A stretch of 64,000 nt of DNA from positions 320,001-384,000 of the forward strand of contig CAWDPO010000017.1 of the NCBI GenBank assembly GCA_963804165.1, in the 5' to 3' direction. The DNA comes from an uncultured delta proteobacterium (lineage in GTDB: Bacteria; Desulfobacterota; Binatia; UBA9968). The stretch's first letter is position 1, and each line of letters opens with the position of its first letter. Of this stretch, positions 1-10,358 are shown piece by piece. Position numbers and translations under genes: made by a program. The notes beneath the pieces were generated by a model. It did not search any database, was not told the DNA's origin, and saw only the letters and a list, made by a program, of their open reading frames with translations.

Positions 1-321
1 GTAGACCTGGTTTGCGGCAACCAGTGAGGCGGCGCCGGCGACATTCTGAATGATGATGTTGGGATTCCCGGGAATGTATTTCGGCAGAAACTCCGCGAGC
101 AAGCGCGGGTAGAGGTCGTAAACGTCTCCAGGCTTTGTGCCGACGATGAAGGAAATCGTTTTGCCTTGGTAGAAATTCGCTTGCGCGAATGCCAGTTCAA
201 GGTTCAAAGGGTTCAAAAGTTCAACGCCGGAAAGGATCAACAGTCCGAGAACTTTGAACGCTTGAACCGTTGAACTTTTGAACCGGGAGTGGAGGGAGAC
301 GACTGAGCCATAATTCACCAT
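1..321 (-). CDS. tctC: TctC/Bug-family tripartite tricarboxylate transporter substrate-binding protein (5' part; runs off the window)
   Basis: Not in the ORF track. Manual translation from ATG 321 (GGAGG upstream): MVNYGSVVSLHSRFKSSTVQAFKVLGLLILSGVELLNPLNLELAFAQANFYQGKTISFIVGTKPGDVYDLYPRLLAEFLPKYIPGNPNIIIQNVAGAASLVAANQVY. Confidence 0.9.
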   Translation of the reverse strand, partial: MVNYGSVVSLHSRFKSSTVQAFKVLGLLILSGVELLNPLNLELAFAQANFYQGKTISFIVGTKPGDVYDLYPRLLAEFLPKYIPGNPNIIIQNVAGAASLVAANQVY

Positions 322-378
322 ACACCTCCCGTTTTTGACAATCTGCTCGTCGAGCGTGATCGCGGTTTTGGGGCGGAA

Positions 379-1458
379 TTAATTCCCGAGCACCCACTTC
401 ATCCGTTCGATCACTTCCTTCGGTTGAACGATGACCTCTTGCGCGAGGGATTCTAGTTCGGCACCGGTAAGCGGATCCACATCCCAACCGCGCTTCGCAG
501 TTTCAGCGAGGAGTTCGGGATCTTTTAGCGTCTTTGAATAGGCCTCGCGGAGAATTTTGGTTTGCTCGGCCGACAAACGCGGCGGAGCGGTGATCGGCCG
601 GCCTAGGGTCGCCGCGGTCAAGATCACTTTGGCAAGTCGTTTGCCGCTATCCGGAGTTTTGTATTGCTGCATCAGCTCATTGAGCGTGGGTACATCCTTC
701 AAACGCTCGTCGCGCTTCGCGCCCGATTGCACGACAGGGCGAATGAAACCCGATTTGTGCCAGCGCTTGTAGGGCTCGCGGCCGAAGTAGGTCGCGATCA
801 ACGGCGACCAGCAGACTACTTCGTTGCGCTCCACAGCCAAGTCGATTTCCGAGCCGCCTTGATAGCCGCTGACGACGGTCGTCTTGACCCCCAACGTGTC
901 GTCCAGGAGCCGCGGAAAATAAAGACCGCTGTTGCCGGTTCCCGTGTTGCCGCATTTCGGCGGTTCCTTGGCATTGCGCAAATCTTCGATGGTTTTGAAA
1001 GGCGAATCGGCGCGAATGAAATGCACGATGTCATTCTTTTCCGGTGAGCCGATCCATGTGAACTTTCCCCAATCGAACTTCACTTCCGGACGCGCGACCA
1101 GTTGGTCGAAGTAAAGCGCCGGGTTGAAGGAACCGAGAGTCAGTCCATCGGGTTTGGCGACGCCGTAGATGTAGTTTGCAGCGACGGCACCGCCCGCCCC
1201 CGGCATATTCTGCACGACTACCGTCGGATTGCCGGGAATATGTTTGCCGATATGCTGCGCCATCAGGCGCGCCCACAAATCGTACCCGCCGCCCGCCGCG
1301 GTACCGACAATCACCCTAACGGTTTTGCCTTGGTAGACATTCGCTTGCGCGAATGCCGGTTCAAGGTTCAAAGGGTTCAAAAGTTCAAAGGCCAGAGCGA
1401 ATACGAATCCGAGAACCTTGAACGGTTGAACCTTTGAACTTTTGAACGGCCTTGGCAT
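379..1458 (-). CDS. tctC: TctC/Bug-family substrate-binding protein
   Basis: YQGKT..GGGYD..AR..IPGNP..VQNMPGAGG, KPDGLT, GYQGG..AVERNEV and DVPT motifs. Confidence 0.92.
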   Translation of the reverse strand: MPRPFKSSKVQPFKVLGFVFALAFELLNPLNLEPAFAQANVYQGKTVRVIVGTAAGGGYDLWARLMAQHIGKHIPGNPTVVVQNMPGAGGAVAANYIYGVAKPDGLTLGSFNPALYFDQLVARPEVKFDWGKFTWIGSPEKNDIVHFIRADSPFKTIEDLRNAKEPPKCGNTGTGNSGLYFPRLLDDTLGVKTTVVSGYQGGSEIDLAVERNEVVCWSPLIATYFGREPYKRWHKSGFIRPVVQSGAKRDERLKDVPTLNELMQQYKTPDSGKRLAKVILTAATLGRPITAPPRLSAEQTKILREAYSKTLKDPELLAETAKRGWDVDPLTGAELESLAQEVIVQPKEVIERMKWVLGN

Positions 1459-1461
1459 TTA

Positions 1462-2547
1462 TCATTCCCGCCCGAGCACCCACTTCATACGCTCGATGAT
1501 TTCTTTGGGCTGGGTCATGACCTCTTTCGACAGGGCTTGCAGTTCTTCGCCTTTGGTTGGATTGACTTCCCATCCCTGTTTGGCCGCGTCAGCGAGCAAT
1601 TCCGGGTCGGCGATGGCTTTGGCATAGGCGTCGCGGAGAATTTTGACGCGGTCAGCGGGTGTGCCCGGCGGAGCGCCGATTGGCCGGCCGAGGGTGGCGG
1701 CCGTCAGAATCACTTTTGCGAGACGCTGGCCCGCCTCGGCAGTCTTGTATTGCTGCATGAGCTCGTTAAGCGTTGGAGTGTCCTTCAGACGCGCATCGCG
1801 CTTGGCGCCGGTTTGTATCAGGACGCGTACATAGCCGGACTTATGCCAGCGTCTGTAGGGCTCGCGGCCAAAATAAGTCGCGAGCAGAGGCGACCAGCAG
1901 TAGACTTCGCCGCGCTCGATGGCCAATTCGATATCGGGGGCGCCGGGGTAGCCGCTGACGATTTGAGTTTTGATGCCGAGAGTTTCTTCGAGCAGCCGGG
2001 GAATATAGTGGCCGGTGGAGCCGGTGCCGGTGCTGCCGCATTTGGCCGGCTCCTTGGCGTTGCGCAGATCTTCGACGGTTTTGAAAGGCGTGTCGGCGCG
2101 CATGTAGTAGACGACGTCGTTTTTTTCCGGCGATCCGATCCAGTTAAATTTGGCCCAATCGAATTTCACTTCGGATCTGCCGACAAGTTGGTCGAAATAA
2201 AGTGCGGGGTTGACGGCACCGAGGGTCAAACCGTCGGGTTTGGCGACGCTATAGACATAGTTGGCGCCAATGATGTTGCCGGCGCCAGGCATGTTCTGCA
2301 CCACAATCGACGGGTTTCCTGGGATATGTTTGACGATGTGACGCGCCGTGAGCCGCGCCCAGAGATCGTAGCCGCCGCCTGTGGTCGAAGCGACGACCAT
2401 CGTGATGGTTTTGCCTTGGTAGAAGGGCGTCTGGGCAGACGCCCGTTCAACGTTCAAGGGGTTCAAAAGTTCAAGGGCCAGAACGGAGAAGAGTCCGAGA
2501 ACCTTGAACCCTTGAACTTTTGAACTCTTGAACTGAGTTTTCATCAT
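1462..2547 (-). CDS. tctC: TctC/Bug-family substrate-binding protein
   Basis: Same TctC motifs; close paralogue of 379..1458. Confidence 0.92.
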   Translation of the reverse strand: MMKTQFKSSKVQGFKVLGLFSVLALELLNPLNVERASAQTPFYQGKTITMVVASTTGGGYDLWARLTARHIVKHIPGNPSIVVQNMPGAGNIIGANYVYSVAKPDGLTLGAVNPALYFDQLVGRSEVKFDWAKFNWIGSPEKNDVVYYMRADTPFKTVEDLRNAKEPAKCGSTGTGSTGHYIPRLLEETLGIKTQIVSGYPGAPDIELAIERGEVYCWSPLLATYFGREPYRRWHKSGYVRVLIQTGAKRDARLKDTPTLNELMQQYKTAEAGQRLAKVILTAATLGRPIGAPPGTPADRVKILRDAYAKAIADPELLADAAKQGWEVNPTKGEELQALSKEVMTQPKEIIERMKWVLGRE

Positions 2548-3627
2548 TCAATTCCCCAGCACCCACTTCATCCGTTCGATGACTTCTTTCGGCTGGACCA
2601 TGACTTCCTTCGATAACTGCTCCATTTCTTCGCCACTGAGGGGTTCGATATCCCAACGTTGTCTTTTCGTTTCAGCGACGAGGTCAGGGTCTTTCAGAGT
2701 TTTGAGATAGGCTTCTCGGAGCAGTTTGAGCCGGTCAGGTGGAATGCCCGGAGTTGCGGCGATCGGGCGCCCAAGTGTGGCCGCGATCAAGATGACCCGC
2801 GTGAGGCGCTTACCGGCTTCCGGAGTCTTATATTGATCCATGAGCTCGTAGATCGTCGGCACGTCGGCTAAACGCGCATCGCGTTTACGGTTGGTCTGGA
2901 GCAGCACGCGGATAAAACCTTTTTTTTGCCAGGAAATGTAAGGCTCCCGCCCGAAGAAAGTAGCGACCAACGGTGACCAGCAATGGACCTCGCCGCGCTC
3001 GACGGCCAGGTCGACTTCCGAACCGCCAGCGTAACCGCTGACGATGGTATGTTTCGTGCCCAAAACTTCGTCGAGTAAGCGTGGAATGTAAAATCCGGTT
3101 GTGCCGGTTCCAGAACTGCCGCAGCGCGGCGGCTCTTTGGCCTTGCGGATATCGTCGATGCTTCGATAGGGCAAATCGGCACGCATGTAATGGATGATGT
3201 CGTTCTGTTCCGGCGATCCGATCCAGCCGATCTTGGCGAAATCGAATTTAACTTCCGGCCGGCCGACCAATTGATCGAAATAAATCGCCGGGAGGAGCGC
3301 GCCGAGAGTGAGCCCGTCCGGTTTAGCGACGTTGTAAAGATAATTAGTAGCGACGATGGACGCGGCGCCGGGCATGTTTTGCACCTGGATCGTCGGATTC
3401 CCGGGAATGTATTTGCCGTAGTAGCGGGCCAAGACCCGCGCCCAGAGATCGTAACCGCCGCCGGTGGACGAGCCGATAACGATTCGAATGGTCTTGCCTT
3501 GGTAGAAGGGCGTCTGGGCAGACGCACGTTCAAGGTTCAAGGGGTTCAAAAGTTCAAAGGTCAGAACGGAGACGAGTCCGAAAACCTTGAACGCTTGAAC
3601 CTTTGAACCTTTGAACGCCATTACCAT
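2548..3627 (-). CDS. tctC: TctC/Bug-family substrate-binding protein
   Basis: Same TctC motifs; C-terminus QPKEVIERMKWVLGN shared with neighbours. Confidence 0.92.
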   Translation of the reverse strand: MVMAFKGSKVQAFKVFGLVSVLTFELLNPLNLERASAQTPFYQGKTIRIVIGSSTGGGYDLWARVLARYYGKYIPGNPTIQVQNMPGAASIVATNYLYNVAKPDGLTLGALLPAIYFDQLVGRPEVKFDFAKIGWIGSPEQNDIIHYMRADLPYRSIDDIRKAKEPPRCGSSGTGTTGFYIPRLLDEVLGTKHTIVSGYAGGSEVDLAVERGEVHCWSPLVATFFGREPYISWQKKGFIRVLLQTNRKRDARLADVPTIYELMDQYKTPEAGKRLTRVILIAATLGRPIAATPGIPPDRLKLLREAYLKTLKDPDLVAETKRQRWDIEPLSGEEMEQLSKEVMVQPKEVIERMKWVLGN

Positions 3628-3655
3628 TTACTAGTTCGTCTGCAGCGGTACGCTG

Positions 3656-4687
3656 TTACATGCCGATCAGTTTCTTCACGCGTTCGACGACGTCGGGAGG
3701 AGCGGTCATGACTTCCTTCGCTAAAGCATCGAGCTCCTCACCCGTGGCCGGATCGATGTCGAGGCGGCGTTTTTCCGCTTCCGCTAAAAGAGCGGGATCG
3801 TTGATCGTCTTGTTGAAAGCGTCACGGATGATTTTGACCCGGTCGGCCGGTACTCCGGGAGGGAATACCAGCGGGCGGCCGAACTCATCCGCTGCGACGA
3901 CGACTTTCGTCAAGCGCCGGACGTTTTCCGGGGTCTTGTACTTGTCCATCAATTCATTGAACAGCGGCACGTCCTTGAGCCGTGGATCGCGCTTGCTTCC
4001 GGTCTGATAGAGCACGCGCACGAAATTTTTCTTGCGCCAGGTGATGAACGGCTCGCGGGCGAAGTAGGCGTTGATCGTAAAGGCCCGGCACTGAACTTCG
4101 CCGCGCTCGACGGCGAGGTCGATATCCGACCCGGCGACATAACCTGAGACAATTTCGAACTTGGTGCCAATGGCATCTTCCAAGAGTTTCGGCATGTAAT
4201 AGGCGGACGATGTTACGCCCGTTGCACCGCACTTTGGCGGCGTCGATGCGCTGCGAACATCTTCAATGGTTTTGTAAGGCGTATCGGCGCGCATATACAT
4301 GTGACTGTTGGAGCTCACGGTGCTGCCGATCCAGATGAACTTGCTCCAGTCGAATTTGGCTTCGGGGCGTTTGGCGAGCTGCTCGAAGTAAAGCGCGGGG
4401 TAGATCGCGCCCAAGGTTAGCCCGTCAGGTTTGGCGATATTGTAAACCTGATTGGTGCCGATCAACCCCGCCGCGCCGGCGACGTTTTGAATGATGATGT
4501 TTGGATTGCCGGGAATATGTTTCGGCATAAACTCCGCCACCAGACGAGGGTAGAGATCGTAAACGTCACCCGGCTTGGCGGCCGCTATGATCGTGATCGT
4601 CTTGCCTTGATAAAAGGGTGTCTGCGCCGACACATTCGGGGCCCACACGAACGACAACAACAAAAATGTGATGATTCTTCGATTCAT
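3656..4687 (-). CDS. tctC: TctC/Bug-family substrate-binding protein
   Basis: Conventional signal peptide (MNRRIITFLLLSFVWAPNVSA-Q) plus TctC motifs; RBS AAGGAG. Confidence 0.92.
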   Translation of the reverse strand: MNRRIITFLLLSFVWAPNVSAQTPFYQGKTITIIAAAKPGDVYDLYPRLVAEFMPKHIPGNPNIIIQNVAGAAGLIGTNQVYNIAKPDGLTLGAIYPALYFEQLAKRPEAKFDWSKFIWIGSTVSSNSHMYMRADTPYKTIEDVRSASTPPKCGATGVTSSAYYMPKLLEDAIGTKFEIVSGYVAGSDIDLAVERGEVQCRAFTINAYFAREPFITWRKKNFVRVLYQTGSKRDPRLKDVPLFNELMDKYKTPENVRRLTKVVVAADEFGRPLVFPPGVPADRVKIIRDAFNKTINDPALLAEAEKRRLDIDPATGEELDALAKEVMTAPPDVVERVKKLIGM

Positions 4688-4713
4688 AGGCTCTCCTTGT
4701 GAGAATACTCGAG

Positions 4714-5742
4714 TTACGTCCCCAATAGTTTTTTCATTCGTTCCACGACGTCCGGCGGTTGCGCTATGATTTCTTTTCCCAAAGCTTCCAGTTCTTCGCC
4801 GGAAACCGGATCCAATTCCAGCTTTTTCTTTTTGGCATCCTCAAGGAGCTCCGGATCGTTGACCGTCTTCATGAAGGCATCACGGAGAATCTTCACCCGG
4901 TCCGCCGGAATGCCGGGCGTGGCGACGATGGGACGACCGATTTCGTTGGCGGCTAGTATCACCGCCGCCAAGCGCTTCCCTGAATCGGGAGTTTTGTGTT
5001 GGTCCATGAGCTCGGGAAGTGTTGGAACGTCGGGCAAGAGAGCGTCCCGCTTTTTGCCGGTTTGAATGATGACCCGCACAAATCCTTTTTTGCGCCAGGT
5101 ATGAAAAGGCTCGCGGGCGAAAAAAGCGGCGATGGTGAATGCGCGGCATTGCACTTCGCCGCGCTCGACCGCAAGATCGACATCCGTGCCGGAGTTGTAA
5201 CCGGTGACGACGTTGAACTTCGCGCCGATCGTTTCCTCTAGGAGTTTGGGCAGGTAGTACGCCGACGATGCGGTGCCTTCGGCGCCGCACTTGGGCGGGA
5301 CGGAGGCTTTACGAATGTCTTCGATGGTTTTGTACGGTGTATCGCTGCGCATGTAGAGCAGATGATGCGATACGGTTGTGTTGCCGATCCAGGTAAACTT
5401 TTGCCAATCGAACTTGACCTCTTTTCGGCCGACCAGTTGATCGAAGTAGAGCGCAGGTTGGATCGAGCCGATGGTGAGGCCGTCTGGTTTGGCGACCTCG
5501 TAGATGTAGTTGGCCGCAACCATTGAGGCAACGCCGGGCATGTTTTGTACGATGATGTTGGGCGCACCAGGAATATGTTTGGGGATGAACTGGGCAACCA
5601 TGCGCGCGTAGAGATCGTACACGCTGCCGGCCGGCGTGCCCGCTACCAGCCGGATGGTTTTGCCCTGATAGAAGGGCGCTTGGGCTTGAACGAAAATAGG
5701 CGAGAGAACGACGAGGAGTAATGCTGAGATGCTTGGAAGCAT
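4714..5742 (-). CDS. tctC: TctC/Bug-family substrate-binding protein
   Basis: Start reassigned to ATG 5742 (MLPSISALLLVVLSPIFVQA-Q, GAGG upstream); TctC motifs. Confidence 0.9.
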   Translation of the reverse strand: MLPSISALLLVVLSPIFVQAQAPFYQGKTIRLVAGTPAGSVYDLYARMVAQFIPKHIPGAPNIIVQNMPGVASMVAANYIYEVAKPDGLTIGSIQPALYFDQLVGRKEVKFDWQKFTWIGNTTVSHHLLYMRSDTPYKTIEDIRKASVPPKCGAEGTASSAYYLPKLLEETIGAKFNVVTGYNSGTDVDLAVERGEVQCRAFTIAAFFAREPFHTWRKKGFVRVIIQTGKKRDALLPDVPTLPELMDQHKTPDSGKRLAAVILAANEIGRPIVATPGIPADRVKILRDAFMKTVNDPELLEDAKKKKLELDPVSGEELEALGKEIIAQPPDVVERMKKLLGT

Positions 5743-5955
5743 GAATGCCTCTTTATTTGGAACGCTACAGTTCCGGATAATCGGTTTGAATTGCGAATCT
5801 AAAAGGTCCAGCTGATTCCGTCGATAGAGTTCGTCAGTAGTTTTCCCGAAGCAATTCCGTTCGTCCCTTCGAGAAGACCTCAGCACGAATGGAGAAGATC
5901 AAAAAAGGATTGATCACTTTTCCATTCGTGTCGAGTGTCTCGCGGCATCAATTCG

Positions 5956-6981
5956 TCAGTCACCCAACAGCTTGCGCATGCGCGCGACAACGTCGGGCGG
6001 CGTAGCCATGACGTCTTTGGCCAAGGAGGCCATCTCATCCCACTGGGTCGGATCGATTTCGAGCCGGCGTTTTTCTGCCTCCGCCAAGAAGGCTCCTTCG
6101 GTGACTGTCTTGTCGAACGCATCGCGCAAAATCTTCACCCGGTCCAGCGGCACGCCCGGAGCAAAAACCAGCGGACGTCCGAAGTCGCCTGAAGCGAGAA
6201 TGACTTTGGCGAGGCTGCGTCCGGCATCACCGACTTTGTACCTGTCCATCGCCTCGTAAATTGTCGGAGATTCCTTAAGACGCGGATCGCGCTTGGTGCC
6301 GGTTTGGATGAGAACGTTGACAAAATTTTTCTTGCGCCAGGAAATGAAAGGCTCGCGGGCGTGGTACGCGGTAATCGTGAACGCGCGGCATTGCAACTCA
6401 CCGCGCTCGACGGCCAGATCGATATCCTGGCCCGACACGTAGCCCGACACGATATCGAACTTGGTGCCGAGGACTTCCTCCATGAGCTTCGGCATGTAGT
6501 ATCCGGTGGAGGCGACGCCGGTGGCGCCGCACTTGGGCGCGGTGTTGGCCTTGCGCACGTCGTCGACGGATTTGTAGGGCGTGTCGGCGCGCATATACAA
6601 GAGATGATTCGATTTGACCGGGCTACCGATCCAGAGAAACTTGCCCCAGTCGTATTTCGCTTCCGGTTTTTTGATCAATTGATCGAAATAAAGCGCCGGA
6701 TAAATCGCGCCGATCGTCAAGCCGTCCGGTTTCGTGACATTGTAGACGTGGTTGGCGGCGATCAACGAAGCAGCCCCGGGCATATTTTGCACGATGATGT
6801 TGGGATTGCCCGGTATGTGCTTGGTCATGTACTCCGCAAGCAGCCGCGGATAGAGATCGTAGACATCGCCGGCTTTGGTGCCGACGACGATGCTGATGGT
6901 CTTGCCCTGATAGAAGGGCGTCTGCGCCAGTAGAGCCGAGCTCCACCCGAGAGTGAGCACGAGGACGAGAATCAGAATCAT
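5956..6981 (-). CDS. tctC: TctC/Bug-family substrate-binding protein
   Basis: Start reassigned to ATG 6981 (AAGGAG RBS; MILILVLVLTLGWSSALLA-Q); TctC motifs. Confidence 0.9.
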   Translation of the reverse strand: MILILVLVLTLGWSSALLAQTPFYQGKTISIVVGTKAGDVYDLYPRLLAEYMTKHIPGNPNIIVQNMPGAASLIAANHVYNVTKPDGLTIGAIYPALYFDQLIKKPEAKYDWGKFLWIGSPVKSNHLLYMRADTPYKSVDDVRKANTAPKCGATGVASTGYYMPKLMEEVLGTKFDIVSGYVSGQDIDLAVERGELQCRAFTITAYHAREPFISWRKKNFVNVLIQTGTKRDPRLKESPTIYEAMDRYKVGDAGRSLAKVILASGDFGRPLVFAPGVPLDRVKILRDAFDKTVTEGAFLAEAEKRRLEIDPTQWDEMASLAKDVMATPPDVVARMRKLLGD

Positions 6982-7067
6982 AGTGTTTCTCCTTCCCGCC
7001 GGAATTTGGGCCGAAGCATATCCCTCAAGGCTGCTTGTGCGCAACCTTGAGGGGTGCCGACTGGTTG

Positions 7068-8102
7068 CTATTTTCCGCTCAACAATTTCTCCATACGCTG
7101 CACGACGTCCGGGGTTGACGCCATGACTTCTTTCGACAACGCCTCGATCTCCGCGCCGCTCGCCGGATCCATTTCGAGCCGGCGCTTTTCGGCGGTTGCC
7201 AAAAGCGCAGGATCGCTGACTGACTTGTCGAAGGCGTCGCGCAAAATCTTCATGCGGTCCGCAGGCACGCCTGGAGGGGTGACCAGAGGACGACCAAATT
7301 CGCCGGCAGACAAAACGACTTTCGCTAGGCTCCTTCCGGCGGCGCTGGTTTTGTATTTGTCCATCAACTCATAAATCGTCGGCGCGTCCTTGAGGCGCGC
7401 GTCGCGCTTGGCGCCGCTCTGCATCAGCGTGTTGACGAAACCGCGCTTGCGCCACGAGATGAAGGGTTCGCGGGCAAAATAAGCAGTGATCGTAAAGGCG
7501 CGGCAAACTACCTCGCCGCGCTCGACGGCGAGGTCGACGTCCTGGCCGGATTGATAACCTAAAACGATATCGAACTTCGTGCCGAGAGTTTCTTCCATGA
7601 GCTTCGGCAGATAGTAGCCGGTCGAAGTGATGCCGTTGGAGCCGCATTTCGGCGCTGCCGACGCATTCTTAATGTCGTCCATCGACTTATAAGGTGCATC
7701 CGAGCGCATGTACAAAAGATGATTCGACGTCACCGGGTTGCCGACCCAACCGAATTTCGGCCAATCGAACTTAACCTCGGGTTTTTTCGTGAGCTGCTCG
7801 AAATAGAGCGCCGGGTAAATCGCGCCGATCGTCAGGCCATCCGGCTTGGCGACAGTGTAAACTTGATTGGCCGCGATCATCGACGCGGCGCCGGGCACAT
7901 TCTGGATGATGATGTTCGGATTTCCGGGTATGTACTTCGGCATGAACTCGGCGAGCATGCGGGGATACAGGTCGTAAGCGTCGCCGGCCTTGGTGCCGAC
8001 GATAATCGTAATCGTTTTTCCTTGATAGAACGGGGTCTGGGCGTCGACATGACTGATCCCAAACAACGTCGTTAATAATAGGGCAACGAGCAAACGTAGC
8101 AT
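7068..8102 (-). CDS. tctC: TctC/Bug-family substrate-binding protein
   Basis: Signal peptide plus TctC motifs; GAGGAGG RBS. Confidence 0.92.
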   Translation of the reverse strand: MLRLLVALLLTTLFGISHVDAQTPFYQGKTITIIVGTKAGDAYDLYPRMLAEFMPKYIPGNPNIIIQNVPGAASMIAANQVYTVAKPDGLTIGAIYPALYFEQLTKKPEVKFDWPKFGWVGNPVTSNHLLYMRSDAPYKSMDDIKNASAAPKCGSNGITSTGYYLPKLMEETLGTKFDIVLGYQSGQDVDLAVERGEVVCRAFTITAYFAREPFISWRKRGFVNTLMQSGAKRDARLKDAPTIYELMDKYKTSAAGRSLAKVVLSAGEFGRPLVTPPGVPADRMKILRDAFDKSVSDPALLATAEKRRLEMDPASGAEIEALSKEVMASTPDVVQRMEKLLSGK

Positions 8103-8168
8103 TTAGTTCCTAACCTCCTCGGATAATTTTTTCCGCACGAACCTTACCATTTAAAAAGCTACTTTCAA

Positions 8169-9203
8169 CTAATTGCTGAGGATTTTTTTAACCCGGGCCA
8201 GGACATCCGGGGGCTGTTGCAAAATCTGCTGAGCAAGCTTTTCCAAACTCGCGCCGCTGGTCGGATCGACGTCCATTTTCTGTTTTTGCGTCTCGGCGAG
8301 CAGCTCAGGATCTTTCATGGCCTGATCGAACGCCTGACGCAGCATATTGACCCGGTCAGCCGGAATACCCGGCGTGCCAATGATCGGCCGTCCAAAGGAC
8401 TCGGCGGCGAGAATGACCTGGGCAACGCGGCGGCTGCTTTCCGGCACTTTTTCTTTCTCGAAGATCTCCGCGATCGTCGGCACGTCCGGGATTCTTTCGT
8501 CGCGTTTGGCACCGGTATAGAGGAGAACACGCACGAAGTTCTTCTTTTGCCAACTCAAGAACGGCTCGCGTCCAAAGTACGGCGACGCGGTCATGCCTCT
8601 GCACATGACTTCACCTTTTTCGACGGCGATGTCGATCTCGGATCCGCCCGGATAGCCGAGAACGGTGTTGATTTTCAAAGGCGGCAACGTGTCTTCAAGC
8701 ATGCGCGCGAGGATGAAATCGGTGCTCACGGTGCCGGTGGAGCCGCATTTGGGCGGCTCTTTGGCATTTTTGATATCGGCGATGGATTTGTACGGGCTAT
8801 CGGCGCGCATATAAAGAATCATCGGCTCACTCACCGGAGAGCCGATCCAGGCAAACTTGCGCAGGTCGAATTTCACTTCCGCACGGCCGACGATCTGGTC
8901 GAGATAAAGTCCACTGCTGGGAAAACCGATGGTCAGGCCGTCGGGCTTGGCCACGCTGTAGACGTAATTGGCCGCAACCACCGAGCCCGCGCCCGGCATA
9001 TTCTGCACGATGAAAGTGGGGTTACCCGGAATATATTTCGGCATGTAGCGCGCGAGCAGGCGCGCCCAGCGATCGTAAAAACCGCCGGTGGTAAAACCGA
9101 CGACCACTCGGATCTGCTTCTCTTGATAAAATGGCGTGGCTTGGGCGTGAAGCTGCGAAACCCAGGCAAAGACTAGACTTAGCGCTAAAATTGCAACTGT
9201 CAT
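8169..9203 (-). CDS. tctC: TctC/Bug-family substrate-binding protein
   Basis: Start reassigned to ATG 9203 (GGAG RBS; MTVAILALSLVFAWVSQLHA-Q); TctC motifs. Confidence 0.9.
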   Translation of the reverse strand: MTVAILALSLVFAWVSQLHAQATPFYQEKQIRVVVGFTTGGFYDRWARLLARYMPKYIPGNPTFIVQNMPGAGSVVAANYVYSVAKPDGLTIGFPSSGLYLDQIVGRAEVKFDLRKFAWIGSPVSEPMILYMRADSPYKSIADIKNAKEPPKCGSTGTVSTDFILARMLEDTLPPLKINTVLGYPGGSEIDIAVEKGEVMCRGMTASPYFGREPFLSWQKKNFVRVLLYTGAKRDERIPDVPTIAEIFEKEKVPESSRRVAQVILAAESFGRPIIGTPGIPADRVNMLRQAFDQAMKDPELLAETQKQKMDVDPTSGASLEKLAQQILQQPPDVLARVKKILSN

Positions 9204-9261
9204 GTGTCTCCCTTTTGTTCGCACCACCTTCGGATCGCGGTGCCGAGGATTTTGCACGTGC

Positions 9262-10350
9262 TTATTCAAGAAGTTTTTTGACGCGTTTGAGGACGGCCGG
9301 GGGTTGATTCATAACTCTTTTCGCCAATGCCTGCAGCTGTTCGCCGGTGACCAGCTCGATGTCCATGCGCGCTTTCTTGGCCTCGGCCAAAAGCTCGAGA
9401 TTATTCATAGCTTTGACGTAGGCCTCGCGGAGTATATTCACCCGGTCCGCCGGCGTGCCCGGCGCCACGATCATGGGCCGGCCGAAGTCGCCGCCGCGCA
9501 AAATGACATCAGCGACCCGACGGCTCTCATCCGCAGTATTTTCCTTATCAAAAATCTCGTAAATCGTCGGCACCTCTCCGACGCGCGCATCGCGCTTCTC
9601 CGAGGTTTGCAGGATATGTTGATCGAAACCTTTCTTGTGCCAGGTATCGAAAGGCTCGCGGCCGAAGTGGGGGGCAATGGTCATGCCGCGGCACTGAACT
9701 TCGCCCTTTTCCACGGCGATATCGATTTCACTGCCGCCGGCGTATCCCAAGATCGTGTTGATCTTGATGCCCAGCGTGTCCTCGAGCACTCGCGCGATCA
9801 AGTAGTCGGCGCCGGCCGTACCGGTGGCGCCGCACTTGGGCGGCTCGGGCAGTTTCCTCATGTCCTGGACGGATTTGAACGGAGCATCGGCGCGCGCGTA
9901 GAGGATGATATCGCTTTTCTCCGGCGAGCCGATGAAGTAGCCCTTGGTGATATCGAAGCGGACTTCTTTGCGCCCGGCGATTTGATCGAGATAGACGCCG
10001 TAGTTGGGCATGACGAGGGTAAGTCCGTCGGGTTTGGCGACGCCGAAAACATGGTTCATCGCGATCATCGATCCCGCGCCCGCCATGTTCTGGACGATGA
10101 AGTTAGGATTTCCCGGAATGTAAAGAGGCATAAAGCGGCCGAGCAGGCGCGCCCAGCGATCATAAAAGCCGCCCGGAGTGAGACCGACGATGATGCGGAG
10201 GGTCTTGCCTTGGTAAAAATTCGCCTGCGCGAATGTTTGTTCAACGTTGAAAGGGTTCAAGAGTTCAAGGACAGAGAAGACTAAGACTCCGAACACCTTG
10301 AACATTTGAACTTTTGAATCTTTGAATCGATTTTTCGAGAAATTGTTCAT
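9262..10350 (-). CDS. tctC: TctC/Bug-family substrate-binding protein
   Basis: TctC motifs; repeat-encoded leader; GAGGT RBS. Confidence 0.92.
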   Translation of the reverse strand: MNNFSKNRFKDSKVQMFKVFGVLVFSVLELLNPFNVEQTFAQANFYQGKTLRIIVGLTPGGFYDRWARLLGRFMPLYIPGNPNFIVQNMAGAGSMIAMNHVFGVAKPDGLTLVMPNYGVYLDQIAGRKEVRFDITKGYFIGSPEKSDIILYARADAPFKSVQDMRKLPEPPKCGATGTAGADYLIARVLEDTLGIKINTILGYAGGSEIDIAVEKGEVQCRGMTIAPHFGREPFDTWHKKGFDQHILQTSEKRDARVGEVPTIYEIFDKENTADESRRVADVILRGGDFGRPMIVAPGTPADRVNILREAYVKAMNNLELLAEAKKARMDIELVTGEQLQALAKRVMNQPPAVLKRVKKLLE

Positions 10351-10358
10351 AACTTACC

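Noticed and set aside
195-3616. Regularly spaced GTTCAA repeats as a CRISPR array
   Set aside because: Units are 6-9-nt periodic arms in inverted orientation, about 1.1 kb apart within genes. There are no 25-40-nt direct repeats with unique spacers and no cas genes.
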